Origin: a virus
Taxonomy: Duplodnaviria > Caudoviricetes
Strand: one strand, 5' to 3'
Length of the DNA: 38,682 bases
IMG/VR virus record: IMGVR_UViG_3300037722_000992
Coordinates: 1 to 38,682 of that record
Within the stretch, counting starts at the first letter, position 1. Every line of letters starts with the position of its first letter. Both the position numbers and the translations under genes were made by a program. Below the pieces are notes generated by a model. That model did not search any database, had not been told where the DNA came from, and saw only the letters and a list, made by a program, of their open reading frames with translations. Shown here in pieces: positions 17,536 through 25,708 of the stretch.

Positions 17536-17734
17536 GCCGGAGTATCCTTTTCACGAATCCATCGCCGAAAAGCTTGTCCCGAATCTCGTTGGTAAAACTT
17601 TCGTCGCCCTGGTAAATAGCCATCTCCAGCGAATTCCACAGACGAACCCGTGCGGCGCAAATGTCATCAGTGAATGCTGGCCGATGCCAAGTGCTCATAG
17701 CGTCAAGCTCCCCGGCAAGGTATTGGTTAATCAT
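17528..17734 (-). CDS. Hypothetical protein (68 aa)
   Basis: Overlaps both neighbours; shares MINQYL start with portal. Confidence 0.6.
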   Translation of the reverse strand: MINQYLAGELDAMSTWHRPAFTDDICAARVRLWNSLEMAIYQGDESFTNEIRDKLFGDGFVKRILRRD

Positions 17735-17915
17735 CGCGCAAATTCACTGCGATCAATCGCATTTGGTAGGCGTTTTGGTTCATCTCACGCACGAATCCGA
17801 GCGCTGCTTTGTATGCCAGCCCGGACATTATCTCTTTGTCCAGCGTCTCCATGAGTTTTTTGCCGCGGTCGGCTGTGTCGTCCACAATTCCGTCTAAATC
17901 TTCTTTCATGCTCAT
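17727..17915 (-). CDS. Hypothetical protein (62 aa)
   Basis: ATGA overlap with terminase stop. Confidence 0.6.
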   Translation of the reverse strand: MSMKEDLDGIVDDTADRGKKLMETLDKEIMSGLAYKAALGFVREMNQNAYQMRLIAVNLRDD

Positions 17916-19576
17916 AGCGTCAAACTCCCCGGCGTCGAGTAAATGGATTCCTGATCGGGATTCAGCATGTTGGTGTAAACCGACATAATCAGCGCCACGA
18001 CCCCGTCAATGTGCTTGCGAACCCCGCCCACCGTCTTCACCGGCTTGATGTTGTCATTCTCGTCACGCTTAATCGACGTGTTGCCAATCATCCAAGCCAT
18101 TACGGGGTCACAGCGGCTGTCGAGCGAGCCTTCCGCCACCAGCCCCTCAATCTCTTTGGAAGGCGACGACAGCGACATTGCCCCTTGCGCAATCTCGATA
18201 ACTTCAACGCCTTGGTCGTCCGACAGGAATTGCACCGTCGAGCCCGCGTAGGCACGGTCCATTCCCACCATTCCGATGCTGTACTTCTCGATATCTTCGC
18301 CCATCCGCTTGTGAACCTGACGATAGTTGATTCGCTCATCGGTTGAGAGCGTCACCCAGCCCTGCTGCACCCATTCGAGCACCGGAATCTCGAACTCCGA
18401 GGACAACTCTACCGCTCGCTTCTCGGTGATCCAATAGTGGCCGTAGCAGCGAGGAGCATCGCTGTGCGGCTGGAACAGAACCCAGGCCGTCCAGTCGGTC
18501 GTTTGCGACAAGTCGAATGCTGCGGTCGTCTGCGGTCCCACGGGAAGAGGTCCGGGCTCCATCGCGCATCGCTTCCAATCGTGAATTGAGATCCAGGGAT
18601 TCGCCGACTGCTGCCAGATGTTGAGCCGGTACTTTTTGAAGTCCGCAAACTCCGACAGCGACCCCTTCGACGTGTTGTAATCCGACAGAAATTCGCTTTC
18701 CTTGACGGTGTGGCCCATTGCCGGGTTGGCCATGCGTCCGAACTTAAGCGGATCAGCATGGATCTCGGCATCGTCGATGGACTGCGGGGCCGCGTAGATA
18801 ATCGCCAGCGTCTGATCGTCATGGGCGCTGCCATCGATGACACGCTCCGCGTAGTCGAATCGACCCTTGCCGTAAGACTCCGGTTCGTCTCCGGCCGTCG
18901 AAACTTCGACTTGCAGCGGTTCCGCGCGGCTGATGCCGGCGCGACTGATACGCCGCATGTGCTGCTTGTCGACAACGTGTACTTCGTCAACGAATACACT
19001 ACCGTTGAGACCTTCCTTCGCCTTTTGCGTCGCTACGTTGTCGGATGACAGCGGGAGGATCAGAGACCGCGTCGGCTCGTGAAACACGCTCCCAGTTGTC
19101 TTGTTGATCTTGCATTCACCGAGCAGCAGCGGACTCTGCCGAATCATCTCGTGAATGTGGCGGACTACGTTCTCCTTGACTTGGGAGCCATCCTTTGCAG
19201 TTGGAAAGCACTTCTGCCCCATCTCGCCGTCACCAAATGCTTGATAGCAGCACCACGCCGCAAGTGTCGGGCTTTTCTTATTCTTCTTTGCAATGAAAAC
19301 AATCGCTTTACGAAAGCGGCGCACGACGCGGCCCCAATCGTCAGAATTCCGCACCCATCCAAAAAGCCGCATTGTTGCTTCATATTGCCAGTCCTTGCAC
19401 TCGAAAGGTTGTCCGGCCGCCTCACCTTCGTACAGCCGCAGGTAGTCGTACATCCAATCGACAACGAATTGCCCGCGCGACTCGTCGAACCAGCAGCCAT
19501 TGCGCACCGCAAGCTCGTCGGATGCGTCTCGCATCCATCGCTTGGTAACGGCGTCTGGTTTCACTGGTGCGATCAA
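17912..19576 (-). CDS. terL: Terminase large subunit
   Basis: RRFRKA, Walker A-like AKKNKKS, Walker B VFVDEVH, STAG, ANPAMG, DLSQTTD, HIDGVVA. Confidence 0.95.
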   Translation of the reverse strand: MIAPVKPDAVTKRWMRDASDELAVRNGCWFDESRGQFVVDWMYDYLRLYEGEAAGQPFECKDWQYEATMRLFGWVRNSDDWGRVVRRFRKAIVFIAKKNKKSPTLAAWCCYQAFGDGEMGQKCFPTAKDGSQVKENVVRHIHEMIRQSPLLLGECKINKTTGSVFHEPTRSLILPLSSDNVATQKAKEGLNGSVFVDEVHVVDKQHMRRISRAGISRAEPLQVEVSTAGDEPESYGKGRFDYAERVIDGSAHDDQTLAIIYAAPQSIDDAEIHADPLKFGRMANPAMGHTVKESEFLSDYNTSKGSLSEFADFKKYRLNIWQQSANPWISIHDWKRCAMEPGPLPVGPQTTAAFDLSQTTDWTAWVLFQPHSDAPRCYGHYWITEKRAVELSSEFEIPVLEWVQQGWVTLSTDERINYRQVHKRMGEDIEKYSIGMVGMDRAYAGSTVQFLSDDQGVEVIEIAQGAMSLSSPSKEIEGLVAEGSLDSRCDPVMAWMIGNTSIKRDENDNIKPVKTVGGVRKHIDGVVALIMSVYTNMLNPDQESIYSTPGSLTL

Positions 19577-19579
19577 TGG

Positions 19580-19876
19580 TTACTCCGGCTTCGGTGGCAT
19601 GGGGAGCCAGTGGTTATACTCATGTAGTCGTGACAAGGGTTCGCCATCTTCCGTCGAATCGGGGTGCCACCATAAAGGTCCGTCTCCCGTAAGCCTGTAT
19701 ATTTCGCCGTACTCCCACCGCTCGAATCGCTGGTCGTACATTTGTATTCTGGCTCGATCTGGGTACTCGACTTCCGGCGGCCGCTCCGTCACCGGGATCG
19801 GGCGGGGCCAACTGTCACCGGAGCCGTGGCGGCAGGACAGTTCGTAGCTTCCGCAGTCTTCGCAATAGTTATTCAC
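19580..19876 (-). CDS. DUF551-like small protein inserted between TerS and TerL
   Basis: GTGA overlap start; IPVTERPP...HWLPMPPKP signature. Confidence 0.62.
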   Translation of the reverse strand: MNNYCEDCGSYELSCRHGSGDSWPRPIPVTERPPEVEYPDRARIQMYDQRFERWEYGEIYRLTGDGPLWWHPDSTEDGEPLSRLHEYNHWLPMPPKPE

Positions 19877-20334
19877 GCCTGCCGCCTCCGCACGCCTTCC
19901 GCTTTCGGCTGAGTAACTCGCATCGACGACCGATCGCTCGGCGTCATGCCGAACTTCGCCCCGATCCTCGTGATGATCTCGATTGACTTGTGCTGAATTC
20001 CAACTGCCGGGTGTTGGTATTGAGCGCCCTTCTCGCTGTAGCAAGTAATCCCATCGCGGTTGATTTCGTCCTGCGCTTGACGGAACCGCTGCCACGCGAC
20101 ACAGTATGCAGCGAGCGCTGGGCCGTCCGCTTTGGCGAGCATTCCCGGAATCTTCGATAGCGATTCGATCGTTTCATCCCACGTATCCGCGGCAACATCA
20201 CCAACTGTGGCGAGCCATGAGGGCTTTTCGGGGAGTTCGGACGGAGCAACGGCGCTCTCGCGGTCGGACCGACGAGCGGTTCCCTTGGCGAGTTTCAATG
20301 CGAGCGGCTCTTTTTGTGGTCCTCGCTTTCCCAT
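19873..20334 (-). CDS. terS: Terminase small subunit (P27 family)
   Basis: MGKRGP...KPSWL...LAAYC...HPAV...FGMTPSDR. Confidence 0.92.
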   Translation of the reverse strand: MGKRGPQKEPLALKLAKGTARRSDRESAVAPSELPEKPSWLATVGDVAADTWDETIESLSKIPGMLAKADGPALAAYCVAWQRFRQAQDEINRDGITCYSEKGAQYQHPAVGIQHKSIEIITRIGAKFGMTPSDRSSMRVTQPKAEGVRRRQA

Positions 20335-20442
20335 AACCCAGACCCTCAAACCCCCTTATTCAAAACCGATTCAAAAATCTGCACGGCTGTCACGGCGGTG
20401 GGACGGCTATTCGTTTTAGAATCGAACCACCCCCCCCTTGAT

Positions 20443-20817
20443 TTATTTGCTGCCCGGTCCGTCTCCGCCCCTCCGCTTGCGTCGTGCGTGGTGGCGACTG
20501 TGATGCGACCAGCTCATCGCGCGAAGATTGTCTTGATCTAGCTCCAGCTCCGGGTGCGTCTTGCGAGGCTTGATATGGTCAACGGTGTTTGCCGCGTGCT
20601 CTTCGTGCGTGCGTTGGCAGTCGGGGCATTCGCAGAGTGGACTGTCGAGCAGCTTGGCGGTACGTGCCTTACGCCATGCTGCGGAAGCGTAGAACGGGTC
20701 GGTGGCCTTGAACCGCCGTTGCTGCTCAGCAACCTTCGGATGCTGCTCACAGCGGCCGCCGCCACGCACTAAGTTGCGGCAACCTGACTTGGTGCAGACA
20801 CGAAGGGGTTCTTTCAT
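20443..20817 (-). CDS. Terminase-associated HNH endonuclease (HK97 gp74-like)
   Basis: FYASAAWRKAR...PLCEC...VDHIKP...NLRAM...HHSRHH; directly upstream of TerS. Confidence 0.88.
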   Translation of the reverse strand: MKEPLRVCTKSGCRNLVRGGGRCEQHPKVAEQQRRFKATDPFYASAAWRKARTAKLLDSPLCECPDCQRTHEEHAANTVDHIKPRKTHPELELDQDNLRAMSWSHHSRHHARRKRRGGDGPGSK

Positions 20818-21506
20818 TGCAGCACCAGCTTTCCTTTGCGCGGGAACGTCTGGCCGTCGTCGGTCACTACGGATTGCGTCACGGTGTACGTTCCAGCTAT
20901 TACAAGCACCCCAGTAGCGTCCACGGGAATCATCACGGCTCGGTTGTCGCCGTCCGGGTCTTCAAAGGCGGTGCCCAATGTTGGGGCTCCTGTGATCGGT
21001 GCAATCGTGGTGGCGCCCACGGTGGCAATGAATGCGGCGGCCGGTAAAGGCTCGGTGAAGTCCATCCGCACCAGCCCATCGAACCCCAGGCTCTCGACGA
21101 TGTAGTTCGGTGACGTGGTCTGTGACGGTGAGTGAAATTCCCAACTGTGGTCGTCGTCGACAAGAATCGGTGATTCGTAGGTCGTGGGGGCTATTGATCC
21201 GCTGACGCCAAAGAAGCCGGTCTTTGCTGCTTGGCCGTCACCCGTGGATTTCCACTCGTATGACCAATTGTCATCGGGGTTTTCCGAATCCGGTACGCTC
21301 GGCTCATTTGCATCGATTCGACCAAAGTAATCGCCGACCCCACTTCTCACGACGATCGCGTCCACGCCGTACTCGTACGTCGACAGCGCACCGTTCGGCG
21401 TGCGCACCAACAGATAGACCTCATCGGGGTCGATCTTCGTGGTGCCGTCCGCTTCAGTGAACGTCACCCCAACTTCGACAAGCTGCCCTTGTTGGTAGGT
21501 ATTCAC
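20814..21506 (-). CDS. Hypothetical beta-rich virion-like protein
   Basis: GTGA and ATGA coupling; acidic, beta-strand-like composition. Confidence 0.65.
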   Translation of the reverse strand: MNTYQQGQLVEVGVTFTEADGTTKIDPDEVYLLVRTPNGALSTYEYGVDAIVVRSGVGDYFGRIDANEPSVPDSENPDDNWSYEWKSTGDGQAAKTGFFGVSGSIAPTTYESPILVDDDHSWEFHSPSQTTSPNYIVESLGFDGLVRMDFTEPLPAAAFIATVGATTIAPITGAPTLGTAFEDPDGDNRAVMIPVDATGVLVIAGTYTVTQSVVTDDGQTFPRKGKLVLQ

Positions 21507-22336
21507 ACGACACATCCTATTTCCGAAATGGTGGCTTCATAAACGGCTGCGTCCGAAATGGTGGCTTCATAAACGGCTGCGTCCGAAATGGTGGCTTCAT
21601 AAACGGCTGCGTCCGAAATGGTGGCACAGCCCGGAGCCGGGATTCGCCCCGCTCCACTCAATGTGCCCTCGCCCGCAGTCATCGCGCCGCTGCCGACGTT
21701 GGAAATCCAACCCGCTCCCGCTAGGATTCCAGCCGCCGCCAAGAGCTGGCCGGTGCCAGTGACTTGTTCGTCCGCGACAAAGATCGCTACTCCGGCCAGT
21801 TGAGCCGCGGCAGCCGTCATTGACCCAGTCGCCTGCACGCCAATCTGCCCACTTCCAGAGAGTTCCGCAGCAGCCGCCTCCAAGGCTCCACTGCCCACAA
21901 TCTCGATCCAGCCGCTGCCGGCAAGTTCGCCCGCTGCCGACGCGAGAGCGCCGCTGCCGGCGAATCCAGCCGCTGTCACCGTGCCTGTGCCGCTCAGCCC
22001 TCCAGGGGCCGCCTGCATGGCACCAGAGCCGACCAGAGTAATCACACCCGCGCCGGAAAGTTCGCCGGGCGCAGCCGCCAGAGAACCGCTGCCAGTCACT
22101 CCAATCTGGGCAGTTCCCGCCAGCGCGCCCGCGCCGGCAGTCATCGCGCCCGAACCAACCAACTCGACCCAGCCGCTTCCGGCTAATTCCCCAGGAGCGG
22201 CCGAAAGGTCTCCCGAGCCCGTCACGACTGGCGAAGTGAACGTACCGGAGCCTTCGAGCACTCCAGCCGCTGCTGCGAGCGCACCGGTCCCGGTGAATTC
22301 CGCGAAGTTCTCTTGGCCTAGAAAGAATTGGAGCAT
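21503..22336 (-). CDS. Gly/Ala-rich repeat protein (fibre-like)
   Basis: About ten imperfect GSGxLxAAxGxLxGxG repeats plus C-terminal ATISDAAVYE repeats. Confidence 0.75.
   Translation of the reverse strand: MLQFFLGQENFAEFTGTGALAAAAGVLEGSGTFTSPVVTGSGDLSAAPGELAGSGWVELVGSGAMTAGAGALAGTAQIGVTGSGSLAAAPGELSGAGVITLVGSGAMQAAPGGLSGTGTVTAAGFAGSGALASAAGELAGSGWIEIVGSGALEAAAAELSGSGQIGVQATGSMTAAAAQLAGVAIFVADEQVTGTGQLLAAAGILAGAGWISNVGSGAMTAGEGTLSGAGRIPAPGCATISDAAVYEATISDAAVYEATISDAAVYEATISEIGCVV
21522..21625. repeat. Perfect 30-bp tandem repeat, about 3.5 copies
   Basis: TCCGAAATGGTGGCTTCATAAACGGCTGCG x3 plus 14 nt, in frame (ATISDAAVYE). Confidence 0.95.
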
Positions 22337-22339
22337 GTA

Positions 22340-22510
22340 TCATTTGTCGGACTGTTCTTTGTCAGACTGGTCCTGCGGATCCGGTTGGACGCTTCCAAAA
22401 CCGGACATCCCAGCCGGCGACGCTTCCATTGCCTGCGACTCCGGCGGTGGCGTAAACGTACCAACGCCGGAGAGCTTGCCAGGTGGCAGCGTGATATTGA
22501 TGTTGGCCAT
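22340..22510 (-). CDS. Small protein (56 aa, absent from ORF track)
   Basis: MANINITLPPGKLSGVGTFT...; fills the gap exactly and resembles the GxLSGxG repeat of the next gene. Confidence 0.6.
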   Translation of the reverse strand: MANINITLPPGKLSGVGTFTPPPESQAMEASPAGMSGFGSVQPDPQDQSDKEQSDK

Positions 22511-22513
22511 TGG

Positions 22514-22888
22514 TTAGCTCGCCTCCGGTTGGGTCCAGGTAAGGGAACTGACCGAGCACGTTCCGCCGGTAGTGAATGCGACCGAATTAAAATTTATGTC
22601 CGCTCCGCTGGTGCTGACCGTGCCGCTGATGACCGTCAGTCCGTCGCCATCTCGAAGGCGGCATTCAGCCGCCGTCCCGGCAACGGTGCTCGTGTCGTCG
22701 CTGATTGCGCTGGCGGTGGCGACTCCGTTGGACGCAGCACCAAACGCTGGGTTGCTCAGCGCCAGAGTTGCCAACACGGTTCCAAAACCGGCGATCCCGA
22801 TTTGCAGGTCGCCCGGCGCGTTGACGTCGAGCAAATCCACCACCGCGTTGGCGGCAGCCGAGCGGGCAGCATTCGTGAGAGTTGCCAT
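22514..22888 (-). CDS. Hypothetical virion structural protein (124 aa)
   Basis: TAATG coupling; LATLALSNPAFGAASNG...GTAA...GTVSTSGAD pattern of a kind I recall from phage fibre modules. Confidence 0.7.
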   Translation of the reverse strand: MATLTNAARSAAANAVVDLLDVNAPGDLQIGIAGFGTVLATLALSNPAFGAASNGVATASAISDDTSTVAGTAAECRLRDGDGLTVISGTVSTSGADINFNSVAFTTGGTCSVSSLTWTQPEAS

Positions 22889-24651
22889 TATTCAATCCTT
22901 CCTAAAATCGTGAATGTGACGCCATTAGCCGGTGCTGATGGCCACGCCGTGCCAACGGTGATCGTCTTGCTGGTCCCGTCGTAGTCGGTGATTTTGCGCG
23001 CGACGCCTTGCAGAACTCCGCTGGTTGGCACGAGGGCCGCGCCGCTATACAAATCATCCGTAGCCGACAGTTCGGCATTGCCGACAAACGACGTTGTGGT
23101 GGCCGACGCATCGTTGACAGAGCCGGTGAGCGCCAAGTCATACGTCGCAGCTTTAATGAGCGACATGTCGGCCGCTGTGCCCAGCCCAGCCTGAATCGCC
23201 GTCACGGCCGTGGGGTTCGGGGCGTCGGGGAGGTCCATCTCGTCCCCGGGCGTTGTGATGTCCTGCCCGTCGCGATTGTCCGCCCGCGCGTGTTGCAGCG
23301 AGCCCGTGCCACCCGTCGTGACATAATTAACGTTGCTTTCGATGCAGGTGCCACCCGTCGCCACAGAGACGTCCAGCGGCGAGCCTGAGCCAGCCGTCGC
23401 CGTGCGGGACGTACTATTGCTGATCGCCAAGTGACCGCCCGACGTCACGTTGATGCCCAACGCGTTCCCAGCCGAACCGGCGTTGCCTTGGCTGCACTGC
23501 ACGGTAACGTTGTCCGCAACAGCACTGCCGGCAATGGTTAGACCGCCAATCCCGGCGTCGTTGTCGATTGCGACGATGGTCGACAACGACAGATCACGCA
23601 TGACACCGCGGACGCTGTTGTTGGTCCAGTTGACCGCGTTCGGCACGGTCCCTGTTGAGCCGTCACTCGCGAAGGCACTCGACAGCATGAACACGTCGCT
23701 CGACCCGTTTTGGCCTGCGATCCCGTCGAAGCCACTGAACCCGTAGCAGTCCTTGATCCAGATCCGATGGGCATTCGATAGATAAAAGCCGTCGACGCCG
23801 CCCGAACAATTCGCACGCACGCGCTCAAAGATGACGTCGCTCTCACCGGTCACGTCGACTGCATGGGAGACGAGGCCAGCAGAGTCCGCTTCCAGGTCGG
23901 ACACATAACATCCCGATCCAACGTCGAGCGCATGCCGAGACGTCCCGGCAATCTGGAACGCCGTATTGGTCCAACCAGCGCCGGATAGGTGGACTCCGTC
24001 AGGCAGGGCCAGCGTCGTTGTGCTGCCAAAGTCGAAATCGCCTGGCCCGACGAAAACATGTTCGCCCGGTACGCCAGCAGTCAGCGCCGCGCGAACGGCC
24101 GTCCCGGAATCTGCGTCGTCGCCCAGATGGAAAAGAAACGTCCTCGTGAGTCCGGCACCGGTCGCCACTTGGACGATGTCATCTTCCGGCGCCTTGCTCG
24201 TGTGGGCCTGCGCGAAGGTCGCCAATGGCGAGTTCTTTGTGCCGGAGTTGGCGTCGTTTCCACTCACCGTATCGACAAACCAAATCCGCCCGCCCCGCTC
24301 GTTGAACGTGCCGCCAATGTGCCGCCACCAGGCGTCGGGATCGAGCACGTCGCATTCAATCTCAACAGGCAGCGCGCCACTCTTGTTGATCGTTACGACC
24401 AACCGCCCACGGGTTGCCGTGTCAGTAGCGTCGAGCGAGAGATCGTACTTACCCAGCTCATCGTGCGGCGCACCAGCGTCGCTCGCGCCTTGATCCGCAT
24501 TGGCGGCCACGATGTTGCCGTCGGCCAGCGTGAGCCGAACGTCGGCCTTTTGGATCGTGAGCCCCGTCTCGGGCGTCACAGCATCCGTGGCATCGAGAAA
24601 CTGCCAACTCTTGAGCGTGCGGGCCGTAGCTTGTTGGAGTGCAATCGCCAT
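22888..24651 (-). CDS. Fibre/spike protein with right-handed beta-helix region
   Basis: VFVGPGDF...GVHLSGAG...DGFYL...IWIKDC...DGI pectin-lyase-like pattern; GNDANSG motif. Confidence 0.7.
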   Translation of the reverse strand: MAIALQQATARTLKSWQFLDATDAVTPETGLTIQKADVRLTLADGNIVAANADQGASDAGAPHDELGKYDLSLDATDTATRGRLVVTINKSGALPVEIECDVLDPDAWWRHIGGTFNERGGRIWFVDTVSGNDANSGTKNSPLATFAQAHTSKAPEDDIVQVATGAGLTRTFLFHLGDDADSGTAVRAALTAGVPGEHVFVGPGDFDFGSTTTLALPDGVHLSGAGWTNTAFQIAGTSRHALDVGSGCYVSDLEADSAGLVSHAVDVTGESDVIFERVRANCSGGVDGFYLSNAHRIWIKDCYGFSGFDGIAGQNGSSDVFMLSSAFASDGSTGTVPNAVNWTNNSVRGVMRDLSLSTIVAIDNDAGIGGLTIAGSAVADNVTVQCSQGNAGSAGNALGINVTSGGHLAISNSTSRTATAGSGSPLDVSVATGGTCIESNVNYVTTGGTGSLQHARADNRDGQDITTPGDEMDLPDAPNPTAVTAIQAGLGTAADMSLIKAATYDLALTGSVNDASATTTSFVGNAELSATDDLYSGAALVPTSGVLQGVARKITDYDGTSKTITVGTAWPSAPANGVTFTILGRIE

Positions 24652-24652
24652 C

Positions 24653-25318
24653 TCAGCCGGCCCTCATCCGTCGGTAGTAGTTGGCAATCGCCGGGATGTT
24701 GGGCCCGCCGCCGCCACTCCCTTCGGCGTAGAGCGTGGCGACGTTCCCCGATTCTTCCGAGTTGAAAACCTTGACTTGCGCGAACGCGGCATTGGAAAAC
24801 TGATCGCCACCCACAACGCCGATCTGCTCAGCCCAATAGCCACCGGCTTGGTTTTGAGTGCCCGCTGAACTCTCCGTGCCGTCCATCCAAAGACGCACGT
24901 TGTTGCTCGCGTCGTGCGTCATCAAGAAGTGGTGCCACGCCGTGCCCTGCGAAGGAGTCGTGTAGTTCTTGCTGCCGCCGCCACCGCTCGTGTACTGGAC
25001 CGAACCGCCGCCGTTCCCTTTGATCCACGAAAAACTTGTGCCGCCAATCCAACGCTGCTCAACACCGTCTCCGCGTTTGGCCCACCAAGAAACGCTCCAA
25101 ACATCACCGCTAGCAAACACCAGCCCCGTTGACGCTACGTCAATGTAGTCATCCGTGCCGTTCATTTGGAGTCCGGCCGTAATTGAACCGCCTGGACCGG
25201 CCAGCGTCTTGTCCGCCGTGTTGTCGCCCCCGTTGAGCGTGCCGTTGGTGCCGACGGTAGCTACAACCGTTGTCGAGGCGGCGTTGTCATTGAGCGGCCA
25301 GTGTGCCAGAAGTGTCAT
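24653..25318 (-). CDS. LamG / concanavalin A-like domain protein
   Basis: LLAHWPLND...GLQMNGTDDYI...WSVSWWAK...WHHF...LWMDG...VKVFN. Confidence 0.85.
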   Translation of the reverse strand: MTLLAHWPLNDNAASTTVVATVGTNGTLNGGDNTADKTLAGPGGSITAGLQMNGTDDYIDVASTGLVFASGDVWSVSWWAKRGDGVEQRWIGGTSFSWIKGNGGGSVQYTSGGGGSKNYTTPSQGTAWHHFLMTHDASNNVRLWMDGTESSAGTQNQAGGYWAEQIGVVGGDQFSNAAFAQVKVFNSEESGNVATLYAEGSGGGGPNIPAIANYYRRMRAG

Positions 25319-25541
25319 TTCGTTTTCCTTGGGGTTTGCCCGCCAATGTTCCCATCAGCGTGGCATTGTGGTTGAGGCAATTCGCTGCCTCCGTCGCGTG
25401 CGTGGCGACACGACTCTCTTCCGAAAAGTTTACGGAAGAGACCTTGCTCCTCGCGCCCGCGCGCGTACTACCGGTTCGTCGCCATCGCAATCGCTTCGTG
25501 GATGCGTTGTCGTCGAATTTCCAGTGATCCGTGAGGGCCAT
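25287..25541 (-). pseudogene. Possible truncated LamG paralog
   Basis: MALTDHWKFDDNAST resembles MTLLAHWPLNDNAAST of the next gene, then similarity is lost. Confidence 0.4.
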
Positions 25542-25605
25542 CTACTTCGTCCATTCCGCCCGAAAAAAGTTGACGGAACCGCTGTGGGGTGGTTATTGTT
25601 TAGGT

Positions 25606-25701
25606 ATGAAACTCATCGCTTGTATTGCGGCGGCCTTGATCTTCGTCGCGCTGGCCTTGGTTAAGGACCGCCTCTTCGGTTCTGACGACCAAATCGTTTA
25701 G
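25606..25701 (+). CDS. Antisense 31-aa single-TM peptide (absent from ORF track)
   Basis: MKLIACIAAALIFVALALVKDRLFGSDDQIV; preceded by TTGACG-18-TATTGT. Confidence 0.55.
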   Translation: MKLIACIAAALIFVALALVKDRLFGSDDQIV

Positions 25702-25708
25702 CCGCCAT

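Noticed and set aside
16081-17595. Long + strand ORFs (504 aa here; also 6868-8187, 25817-26887, 4703-5677)
   Set aside because: Antisense shadows of clear minus-strand genes in high-GC DNA, with no motifs
21522-21625. CRISPR array
   Set aside because: 30-bp units are head-to-tail with no spacers, in frame within a CDS, and no cas genes are present
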